From: a virus | Taxonomy: Duplodnaviria > Caudoviricetes | Length of the DNA stretch: 64,000 bases | Virus record (IMG/VR): IMGVR_UViG_3300036376_000009 | Location: 1-64,000 of that record | Direction: 5' to 3' (one strand) | Part shown: one piece after another, positions 46,278 through 53,916 of the stretch | Position numbering within the stretch: the stretch's first letter is position 1 | How the letters are laid out: each line of letters opens with the position of its first letter | Made by a program: the position numbers and the translations under genes | Notes under the pieces: generated by a model | Seen by the model: only the letters and a program-made list of their open reading frames with translations | What the model was told of the DNA's origin: nothing | Database searches by the model: none

Positions 46278-47096
46278 ATGCCGAACTCCGCTCGCCCGCT
46301 CACGCTCGCCCAGGCGAGGTCGCGACGTGCGCAGTTCGGCAGATACGCCGGTGAGTCGCTCGGTTGGATCGAGCGGCACGACCCGTCGTACCTCGTCCAG
46401 CTCGCGGCGTGGACTGGCCTGAAGGACCCGTTCCGCTCCGCCGTCGTCCTCGTCGTCGTCGCCATGAGCGACAGAACCCAGGAGCCACCTATGGCCGGCA
46501 ACCCGCCCAGTGCACGCCCCAAGCCCGTCAGTCTCAACGCCGAGCAGCTGCTGTTCCTCGCCGTGCTCGAGTCTTGGCCGACCATCCCACAGACCTACCC
46601 CACCAGCCTCATGGTCCAGGAGGCGTGCGCCCCGCACGTGTGCGACGAGAGCCCGCTCTGGGAAGGGCGGTTGATCCAGGACGCCAAGCACATCCCCGGC
46701 GTCGAGGTCCAGAAGCGCTACGCGCTCACGATCACCGCCGCCGGCAGCGCGGCCCTGCGCAACGCGTTCGCGACGTGCATCAAGCACCAGCAGGTCAGAT
46801 GCCAGGAGTGGGCGGCGCGCGGGCAGACCGACGCCGTCGCGCTGGGGAACCAGCTCATCGAGCGGTTGCAGGCGTGGTACTCCGAGCACGTGCAGGGGAT
46901 CGGGGCGGCTCGCCTGCATCCCGGCCAGGTGGACCCCGCGGACCTGGACGCGCTGGCCGGCGCGACCGACGCGGGGGTGGTTTCGGCCGGGCCCGCGGAC
47001 GGTGGGGGGCGTCAGGGCGCCGGCCCCGCGAGCCCCCCGCCCCCGCGCCGTCGCGACGGGGCTGCTGCTGGGGGTGGTGGGGGTGGTGGGGGATGA
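46278..47096 (+). CDS. Hypothetical protein; N-terminal FGRYAG...DPSYL (DUF3820-like) segment; alternative start 46491
   Basis: Single open frame with an internal AGGAG SD before ATG 46491. Confidence 0.6.
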   Translation: MPNSARPLTLAQARSRRAQFGRYAGESLGWIERHDPSYLVQLAAWTGLKDPFRSAVVLVVVAMSDRTQEPPMAGNPPSARPKPVSLNAEQLLFLAVLESWPTIPQTYPTSLMVQEACAPHVCDESPLWEGRLIQDAKHIPGVEVQKRYALTITAAGSAALRNAFATCIKHQQVRCQEWAARGQTDAVALGNQLIERLQAWYSEHVQGIGAARLHPGQVDPADLDALAGATDAGVVSAGPADGGGRQGAGPASPPPPRRRDGAAAGGGGGGGG

Positions 47097-47320
47097 GCGC
47101 TTCGCGGGACGCCATGGTCGAGCGGGCCCGCCGAGCGGCGCTGATTCGGCTGCTCGTCCGGGACAGGGCGACGTCGACGGAACTGGACCGGCTATACGCC
47201 GGGCGCCGAGACGCGGCGGCCGCCGACGTGAACAGGCTGAGACAGGACGGGTTCCGCATCGAGGTTGAACCCGAGCGGCTCCGGCTTGTTCGAGGCGCGG
47301 CGGCCGTTGGACGCCGCTGA
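47093..47320 (+). CDS. Small wHTH-like protein
   Basis: Coupled ORF; HTH-like pattern. Confidence 0.5.
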   Translation: MSASRDAMVERARRAALIRLLVRDRATSTELDRLYAGRRDAAAADVNRLRQDGFRIEVEPERLRLVRGAAAVGRR

Positions 47321-47405
47321 ACGCGATTCCACACACGCCTTTCGCGCGGGGGACACCCCGGGAGGGCGTTTCGCACGGGGACGGGGGCGACCAGGAGCCG
47401 ATGCC

Positions 47406-47810
47406 ATGCACAGCGCAGGCGTGGAAAGCGATTCTGCCCCGATCACGCACGATTTGAGCGGGGCTCCCATCACGACTGATTCCAGCACCATCACGCACGA
47501 TCCCGCCAGAGCGCCGGAGCCGGCGGGCCAGATTCCGCCGCCGCCGATCACGTCGCCGTTCGACTCGCGGCCGCAGCGCCCGACCGTCGGCCGCATCGTC
47601 CACTACTACCCCGGCAACGTGTGTGAGACGAGCAAGGGCCAGCCGTATCCGGCCATCATCACGCACGTGATCAGCGATCGCGTCGTCAACCTTCGCATCT
47701 TCCAGGACGCGCAGCACCCGCTGCCGGTCAGCGAGTTGACCCAGGCCGAGGTGGTGAGTGCGGAGCCGGGCATGGCGGGGCGGCGCTGGTGCTGGCCGCC
47801 GCGCGGCTGA
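47406..47810 (+). CDS. Conserved phage protein (PTVGRIVHY...WPPR family)
   Basis: RPTVGRIVHY...PAIITHV...VNLRIF...WCWPPR. Confidence 0.75.
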   Translation: MHSAGVESDSAPITHDLSGAPITTDSSTITHDPARAPEPAGQIPPPPITSPFDSRPQRPTVGRIVHYYPGNVCETSKGQPYPAIITHVISDRVVNLRIFQDAQHPLPVSELTQAEVVSAEPGMAGRRWCWPPRG

Positions 47811-47818
47811 TCAATTCG

Positions 47819-47906
47819 GGCCGGTAGGCGCAGATCGGAAGGGTTCTTCACAGTCTTCATGACTTCCGTGAAACGGGCGCCCACGCCTTCAAGTGGCATA
47901 CCGGCC
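47819..47906 (+). ncRNA. Candidate structured RNA motif, copy 2 of 3
   Basis: Same nested architecture with compensatory GGCGC/GCGCC and CGGAAG/CTTCCG stems. Confidence 0.6.
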
Positions 47907-47956
47907 TTTTCAATGCGTCACCTTTCACCGCCCGGGTTCCCGGGTAGGAGTTGTCC

Positions 47957-48373
47957 ATGAGATCCGCGCGTGGTTCGCAGGGGGCTCGGGGGAATTCGTT
48001 GCTCGGGAGGTTGGCGCTCGTTATGGCCGCGGCCGTGGGGCCGGGCCTCATTCTGAGCGCGGGCGCGGTGGCCGCGTTCTCGAGCGCAGTGCCGGCCCGG
48101 GCCGTTGTGCCAGAGCCGGCGGAGGTTGACCCGCTCGGGCTGTACCCGGGGTGCCGGTTCGCGGTTGTGTTCTGGGACGGCTCGTACTTCCTCTGCGCGG
48201 ACGCCGACGAGGCCGCGGACGTGTTCGCCCGGTTCCCGTACCTCGCCGACTCGGTTCGCCGCATGGGCGACCTGGACCAGGACCCCGACTTCTGCGGCTG
48301 GTTCGGGTACCAGTTCAGCCGCTCGCGCCCGCGCCTGACGCTGCACATCGTGGCGGCGGGGGCGGAGGGTTGA
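47957..48373 (+). CDS. Membrane-anchored phage protein, paralog of 2335-2745
   Basis: AGGAG SD; near-identical C-terminal domain. Confidence 0.85.
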   Translation: MRSARGSQGARGNSLLGRLALVMAAAVGPGLILSAGAVAAFSSAVPARAVVPEPAEVDPLGLYPGCRFAVVFWDGSYFLCADADEAADVFARFPYLADSVRRMGDLDQDPDFCGWFGYQFSRSRPRLTLHIVAAGAEG

Positions 48374-48379
48374 TCGTTT

Positions 48380-48458
48380 GGCCGGTGGGGCAGACGGGCG
48401 GCTTCGCGAGTGCCACGCCCAGACACGGGCCCCCGCGCGTTCGAGACGCGAACCGGCC
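48380..48458 (+). ncRNA. Candidate structured RNA motif, copy 3 of 3
   Basis: Same architecture; CGCGT-TCGAG-ACGCG hairpin. Confidence 0.6.
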
Positions 48459-48620
48459 ATTACCTGCGTGATCCGACGCAATCGGACCGCTCAATCAATC
48501 AGAAAGCGAGGTGCCACATGAAGAACTAACTCACGAACCTTCCGCAAGCAGTCCTGCCCCCCGCGCCCGCGTACACGCGAGCGCGGGGTTTTGAACGACG
48601 AGAGACGCAAGGAGTTGATC

Positions 48621-48770
48621 ATGAGAACCGAACACGAGCGTGCGGAGCAGCAAGCGCTGAGCCACGCGGAACACACCAAGTACGTCGCGCTGATACTGCT
48701 GGCCGCAGCAGTCGCGCACGCCCTCGGCATCCTGGTTGGCAACGGCAGCATCGGCGGGTGGTTCCGGTGA
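48621..48770 (+). CDS. 49-aa single-TM peptide
   Basis: AAGGAG SD; hydrophobic C-terminal half; coupled to the ATPase gene. Confidence 0.6.
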   Translation: MRTEHERAEQQALSHAEHTKYVALILLAAAVAHALGILVGNGSIGGWFR

Positions 48771-50506
48771 GCTTCCTGCCCAGCGCTGCCCGCGAGCAGC
48801 ACATCGCCATCACCGGCAAGACCGGCAGCGGCAAGACCACGACGGCCAAGAGCATCGTGGAGCAGGACCTGGACGCCGGGCTCCCTGTCGCCGTCATCGA
48901 CCCCACGTCGGCCTGGTGGGGCCTCCGCTCATCGGCGGACGGCAAGAGCCCGGGCTACCCCGTGGTCGTCCTCGGCGGGGATCACGCCGACGCCCCGCTG
49001 TCGCCGCTGTCGGGCAAGGCGTGCGCGGCCCTGGTCGCGAACGACCGTGTGTCCGCGATCTTCGACGTGCGCGAGCTGATGGTGAACGAGCGCAACCGGT
49101 GGTTCACCGACTTCGCCACGGAGCTGTTCCGGGCGAACCGCTCCCCGCTCCGCCTGGTGCTGGACGAGGCTCACCTTTTCGCGCCTCAGGGCAAGGTTCC
49201 CGACCCCGAGACGGGGAAGATGCTGCACGCCGCCAACACCATCGCCAGCAGCGGGCGCTCGCGCGGCATCCGGTGCCTGTGGATCACGCAGCGCCCGGCG
49301 AAGCTGCACAAGGACACGCTCACGTGCGCCGACACGCTCATCCCCATGCGGGTCATCGCGCCCCAGGACCGCGACGCGATCGAGGCATGGGTCCTCGGAT
49401 GCGGCGACAAGGCCAAGGGGCGGGAGGTGCTGGACTCGCTCGCCCAGCTCGCCCGCGGCGAGGGGTGGGTGTGGTTCCCCGAGGGCGGCGTCCTCAAGCG
49501 GATGCAGTTCCCGGCGATCCGGACGTTCGACTCGTCGGCCACACCGACCGGGGGCGAGGCGCCGGCGAAGCCCAAGACGTTGGCGGAGATCGACCTGTCG
49601 GCGATCACGGCGAGCATGGCCGCGGCCGTCGCCGAAGCCGAGGCGAACGACCCGAAGAAGCTGCGGGCCGAGCTCGATCGCGTGAAGGGCGAATTGAAGA
49701 AGGCCCTGGCGACGCCGGTGAGTGTGGCGCCGGAGGAAATGACCCGGCTGCGCCGCCGCACCGAGAACCTCGTCGCCGACCTGAATGACGCGCTGCTCAA
49801 GCTCAAAGGCATGCGAGACGCCGCAGACGGCGTGGACACGACGATCAACTCGATCACAAGCACGCTCGCCGCGGACCCAGCCCACCCACTGCACGAGCCC
49901 AACGACTACGCGCAGCTTCCGGCAGAGGCCGCCGTGAAGCCCCGCAACTACTTCCTCAACGAGGCGCACACAACCCACGTTCCCCGATCTGCCCCCACAG
50001 CACGGGTTGCCCGTCCCCCGGGGGAATCGCCCCCCGGGGGCGGACTCGGCCGCGGTGAACGCGCCATCCTGACCGCGTGCGCCCAGTACCCCGAGGGGTG
50101 CGACCGCGTCCAGCTCGGTGTCCTCACCGGCTACGCGCGGTCCAGCCGCGATGCCTACCTGCAGCGGCTTGCACAGCGGGGGTTGGTCACCCGGGACGAG
50201 CCGATCAGGGCCACGCCCGCGGGAATCGAAGCGCTCGGCGACTTCGAACCGCTGCCGAGGGGGTCGGCGCTGCGGGACCACTGGCTCAAGACCCTGCCCG
50301 AGGGTGAGGCGCGGATCCTCAGGGTGTGTATCCAGGCGTGGCCCGAGCCCGTCGCCCGCGAGACACTGAGCGACCGCACCGGCTACGCCCGTTCGTCCCG
50401 CGATGCGTACGTGCAGCGGCTGGGAGCCAAGAAGCTGGTCGTTACAAGCGTCTTGGGCGTCGCTGCCAGCCCCCGGCTGTTCGACGACTGGAAGGGGGTT
50501 GATTGA
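48767..50506 (+). CDS. HerA/FtsK-like ATPase with tandem C-terminal wHTH
   Basis: GKTGSGKT Walker A, LVLDEAH Walker B, ITQRPA; duplicated TGYARSSRDAY. Confidence 0.88.
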   Translation: MSFLPSAAREQHIAITGKTGSGKTTTAKSIVEQDLDAGLPVAVIDPTSAWWGLRSSADGKSPGYPVVVLGGDHADAPLSPLSGKACAALVANDRVSAIFDVRELMVNERNRWFTDFATELFRANRSPLRLVLDEAHLFAPQGKVPDPETGKMLHAANTIASSGRSRGIRCLWITQRPAKLHKDTLTCADTLIPMRVIAPQDRDAIEAWVLGCGDKAKGREVLDSLAQLARGEGWVWFPEGGVLKRMQFPAIRTFDSSATPTGGEAPAKPKTLAEIDLSAITASMAAAVAEAEANDPKKLRAELDRVKGELKKALATPVSVAPEEMTRLRRRTENLVADLNDALLKLKGMRDAADGVDTTINSITSTLAADPAHPLHEPNDYAQLPAEAAVKPRNYFLNEAHTTHVPRSAPTARVARPPGESPPGGGLGRGERAILTACAQYPEGCDRVQLGVLTGYARSSRDAYLQRLAQRGLVTRDEPIRATPAGIEALGDFEPLPRGSALRDHWLKTLPEGEARILRVCIQAWPEPVARETLSDRTGYARSSRDAYVQRLGAKKLVVTSVLGVAASPRLFDDWKGVD

Positions 50507-50694
50507 GCGCCCCAACCAAGACATCCGGCACCATGTTCCGCTGCCCGAACTGCAAGCGGCCGACGCTCTGCCGCGTGCTCGGCTCCGAATCGAAGCCGCC
50601 GCGGTTCGAGCGGACGAGGCAGCGCGAGTGCCGCGAGTGCGCGCACAGGTTCGTCACCCGGGAAGTGTTGGTGTCCGCAGGGGAAGCCTCATGA
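50503..50694 (+). CDS. Zn-ribbon regulator-like protein (Ogr/NrdR-like ribbon)
   Basis: CPNC...RQRECRECAHRFVTRE. Confidence 0.75.
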   Translation: MSAPTKTSGTMFRCPNCKRPTLCRVLGSESKPPRFERTRQRECRECAHRFVTREVLVSAGEAS

Positions 50695-51605
50695 GCAGCC
50701 GCGAGATCACGGCCGTCGCCGGGTGGTTCGGGTCCAACCGCATGCACCCCGAGCGGGTTGGGCTCGAGCTCGGCGAGCTGGACTGGTGTGGCGTCCCGTG
50801 TGTCGGGGGCGGGCCGGAGCTGCCGCACATCAACTGCCGATCGGGCGTGGCCAACGACCTGCACCGGCACGTCATCAACCTCTACCGGGTGCTCAAGTCG
50901 GATGAGCTGTGCGCCATGGCCGCGGAGCAGCTCGACCGAACGCTCTTTCACCAGGACGAGTTCGCCGACGCGCAGGAGCGGTGCCTCATGCGCGAACGTG
51001 ACCGCACCAAGCCGTGGCGTCTGACCGCCGACTTTGAGCCCGAGCCCGGGAAGGTGTACAGCCACGAGCAGGTCGACCCGGCCGATGCCGTCGCGTGGGC
51101 CGTCGACTACGCCGTCGCGTGCTGGATGGGACCCGGGGCCAGGGCCGGCAAGCGCGACGAGTTCCGGGCGTACTTCTCGTCCAGGTGGACGGCTACGGGC
51201 GGCGCCAGCGTGAAGCGGTTCCGATCGTGGATCGAGTCCATGTACGGCTGGCGGGACGTCCTGAAGCGGTGGGAGTTCCGCTGCATGGACGCGTTCGACT
51301 TCATCCATGCGTGCAAGGACACCGCGGGGCACGGGCTGTACGTCGACTTCCCGTGGGTGAAGGCGGGCGTGGATTACCGCCACCCGTTCAACGAGGCCCA
51401 GCACCGGGACGGGGCTCAGCTGCTCAGCCGGTTCAAGGCATGCCGCGTCGTGATCCGGTACGACGTGTGCCCGCTCATCGAGGAGCTGTACCCGCGAAGC
51501 CGGTGGACGTGGATTGAGGCCACCACCCGGAACCAGAGCAACGGCGAGACGCACGAGGTTCTGCTCATCAACGGGCCGAGCCGCACGGCCGGGGTGGTGG
51601 CATGA
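50691..51605 (+). CDS. Divergent Dam-like DNA adenine methyltransferase
   Basis: NDLHRHVINLYRVLK; YVDFPW in place of YxDPPY; TH-EVLLIN end motif. Confidence 0.75.
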   Translation: MSSREITAVAGWFGSNRMHPERVGLELGELDWCGVPCVGGGPELPHINCRSGVANDLHRHVINLYRVLKSDELCAMAAEQLDRTLFHQDEFADAQERCLMRERDRTKPWRLTADFEPEPGKVYSHEQVDPADAVAWAVDYAVACWMGPGARAGKRDEFRAYFSSRWTATGGASVKRFRSWIESMYGWRDVLKRWEFRCMDAFDFIHACKDTAGHGLYVDFPWVKAGVDYRHPFNEAQHRDGAQLLSRFKACRVVIRYDVCPLIEELYPRSRWTWIEATTRNQSNGETHEVLLINGPSRTAGVVA

Positions 51606-52162
51606 GAGCGCGGCATTGGTACCACTGCACCGATCGGCGCAGCGACTCGGAATGGGTTGCCCAGCGCCGCGCGCCGCTCATTCGGGCTGACAGCGAGCCC
51701 GAGACGCCACGACTGTGCGTGGCGCCCAGCGTCGCTCAGGCCCTGGTGGCCGTGTGGTGGTTTCGAGACGTGACGGTGTACATCACGCCCATGCGGCGCA
51801 CCGTGCCGCCCAGCGGCGTGTTCGACGCCTGCATGACCCAGGAGCGATGGATCATCCCGCCCGTCAAACTGACGCGCGTGGGCGTCATCCCGTTCGACTC
51901 GATCCACCCCGTGCAGCTTGAGTCCGATCCGAGGGAATACCCCGGCTACCGGGCGTGGGAGAGGCGGGCGTTCCGGCTGGAAGGCCTGTGTCGCGCTGTT
52001 CGAGCCCACCTGCCTGATGCCCACGCGCCCAGCGTCGAACGGTTCGCGGCCAAGTGCCGAGAGTTCTTCGACGCCAAGCAGTGCGAATTGGAAGAGGAGC
52101 GGGCCAAACAGTGGGGCCTGGACGAGCCAGAGTTGCCGGCACGGCGGGAGGTGCTGCCATGA
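51602..52162 (+). CDS. Hypothetical protein, possible ADP-ribosyltransferase fold
   Basis: WYHCT...RLCVAPSVAQAL...TQERW. Confidence 0.5.
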   Translation: MRARHWYHCTDRRSDSEWVAQRRAPLIRADSEPETPRLCVAPSVAQALVAVWWFRDVTVYITPMRRTVPPSGVFDACMTQERWIIPPVKLTRVGVIPFDSIHPVQLESDPREYPGYRAWERRAFRLEGLCRAVRAHLPDAHAPSVERFAAKCREFFDAKQCELEEERAKQWGLDEPELPARREVLP

Positions 52163-52629
52163 AGTGCCTCTCCCTCTGGCAGCCGTGGGCCTCGCTGATC
52201 GCGGTCGGGGCAAAGCTCATTGAGACGCGGTCGTGGTCTACCTCGCACCGTGGCCCCGTAGCCATCCATGCCGCCGCCCTATGGGGACACAAGCAGTATC
52301 AACTGTGCCATTCCGGCGTGTTCTATCGAGCCCTGTCTGCCGGCGGCGCGTTTGTCCCCGACATGCGCACGCCCCGGCGGCGCCCGCCCTTCTGTCTGCC
52401 CTTGGGGTGCATCGTCGCGGTCGCCAAGGTGGTCGACTGCTTCCAGATCACCCCGATGTCGCGGCCGCTGGATGATCGTGAGCTCGCCTTCGGCAACTAC
52501 GAGACGGGCCGGTACGGCTGGGAGCTGTCGGACATCGTCCGCCTTGAGCGCCCCATTCCCTTCAAGGGCCGCCAAGGACTGTTCACCCTTCCCCCCGACG
52601 TCGTCGGGCAACTCCCGGAGACCGCATGA
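52159..52629 (+). CDS. ASCH domain protein
   Basis: LSLWQPWASLI...KLIETRSW...RGPVAIHA...GRQGLF. Confidence 0.93.
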   Translation: MKCLSLWQPWASLIAVGAKLIETRSWSTSHRGPVAIHAAALWGHKQYQLCHSGVFYRALSAGGAFVPDMRTPRRRPPFCLPLGCIVAVAKVVDCFQITPMSRPLDDRELAFGNYETGRYGWELSDIVRLERPIPFKGRQGLFTLPPDVVGQLPETA

Positions 52630-52946
52630 GCTTGCAAAGAAAGCGACTGAAGCGCCGGCTCGCGGTTGCCAGTGATCAGGCGGCGGCTGCGCGCAAAGCC
52701 GCGCAGTTGTGGAGCGAGCGGGCTTCCGAGCTTGAGCGGGAACTGATGAACGCACACAAGGCGTTCGAGGCGATCGGCGGGGTGAGTGTTCGTCGCGACT
52801 ACTGCACTGATCGGGTGCGGGTTGAGTTCGGAGTCGACCAGCGGTCATGGGACCACGCCAGTCGGACGGATGCGCGGACCACGGACTTGGCGAACTACAT
52901 CGCGGACGCCATCGCCTGCCACATTCGCAAGGGATTGCCCCGATGA
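52626..52946 (+). CDS. Hypothetical protein
   Basis: Coupled ORF. Confidence 0.55.
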   Translation: MSLQRKRLKRRLAVASDQAAAARKAAQLWSERASELERELMNAHKAFEAIGGVSVRRDYCTDRVRVEFGVDQRSWDHASRTDARTTDLANYIADAIACHIRKGLPR

Positions 52947-53572
52947 GCATCGGCACCCGCATCCCGCACCCGACCGCGCTGGCCCTCGCCAACAGCCTCA
53001 TCGCCCTGTGGGGCGGCCGGGCCAATCCGCACGGCCTGGTGGCGGTTGGCTCCGTTCGCCGGCGCCGGGCCAGCTCGGGAGACCTGGACCTGCTCTGCCC
53101 GCTCCCGGCCAAAGGGCAGCCCGACCGGTTGTACCAGGAGCTGGTGGGCGAGGCCAGGCCGACGCTGTTCTCCGCCGCCGAACCCGACATCACCGTCAAG
53201 GAGATCAGCGGGCTCAAGAAGGGGTTCCGCACCGCGACGTTCAGCGTCTACTGCCGGTCGCTCAACATCCGGGCGTTCGGCGTGCAGCTGCACCGGGCCG
53301 AGGCTGACAACTTGGGGTGGGCCGCGATCCTGCGCACCGGCCCCGAGGATTTCGGCCGCTGGTTCTTGTGGAGATGGAAGGACGTGATGCGGATCGCGCC
53401 GAGCGGCCGGGCGAGCGACACGTACCTGCTCGACATGTACGGCAAGCCTGTAAAGGGCTTCAGCGAGACCGAGCTCATCAAGCGGGTCGCGCCCGAGTAC
53501 ATCGAGCCGAACAAGCGGGACGAGTTCATGGAGAAGAAGAACGCCGAGAGGCGGGATGGAGGGACGTGGTGA
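52943..53572 (+). CDS. Minimal PolX/Pol-beta-like nucleotidyltransferase, paralog of 7576-8226
   Basis: VGSVRRRRASSGDLDL; RTGP. Confidence 0.8.
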   Translation: MSIGTRIPHPTALALANSLIALWGGRANPHGLVAVGSVRRRRASSGDLDLLCPLPAKGQPDRLYQELVGEARPTLFSAAEPDITVKEISGLKKGFRTATFSVYCRSLNIRAFGVQLHRAEADNLGWAAILRTGPEDFGRWFLWRWKDVMRIAPSGRASDTYLLDMYGKPVKGFSETELIKRVAPEYIEPNKRDEFMEKKNAERRDGGTW

Positions 53573-53916
53573 AACGATCAAGTGACAATCGGTTGTGGGT
53601 GTGTCGGAACGGGCACATCGTGCGAGACAAGGCCCTGTCGGGGCAGGAGTGCCGGCGGTGCCGCGCCAATGAGAAGAGGCGCCGGACGACAAAGAACCGC
53701 GTGACATGGGAACCGGCAGATGGGAAATTGAGGGGGCGGTGGTATGCCAACGTTGGGACCGTGACCCGAGCCGACGGCAAGAAGTACAACGTGTTCCTGA
53801 CTGTCCTGCGACGCGACCTTGAGCGGGTGATGCGATCGTTTGGCCGCGACACGTTGCTCGTTGAATCCGCCCCTGCCTGCCGAACGCGGTTCAAGTTCGA
53901 GGAACAGCCCGCATGA
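53569..53916 (+). CDS. Hypothetical protein with Cys motif
   Basis: Coupled on both sides; CRNGH...CRRC. Confidence 0.55.
   Translation: MKRSSDNRLWVCRNGHIVRDKALSGQECRRCRANEKRRRTTKNRVTWEPADGKLRGRWYANVGTVTRADGKKYNVFLTVLRRDLERVMRSFGRDTLLVESAPACRTRFKFEEQPA

Noticed and set aside
47069-47092. G-rich run GGGGGTGGTGGGGGTGGTGGGGG as a functional G-quadruplex
   Set aside because: It is explained by a poly-Gly coding tail, with no independent support.
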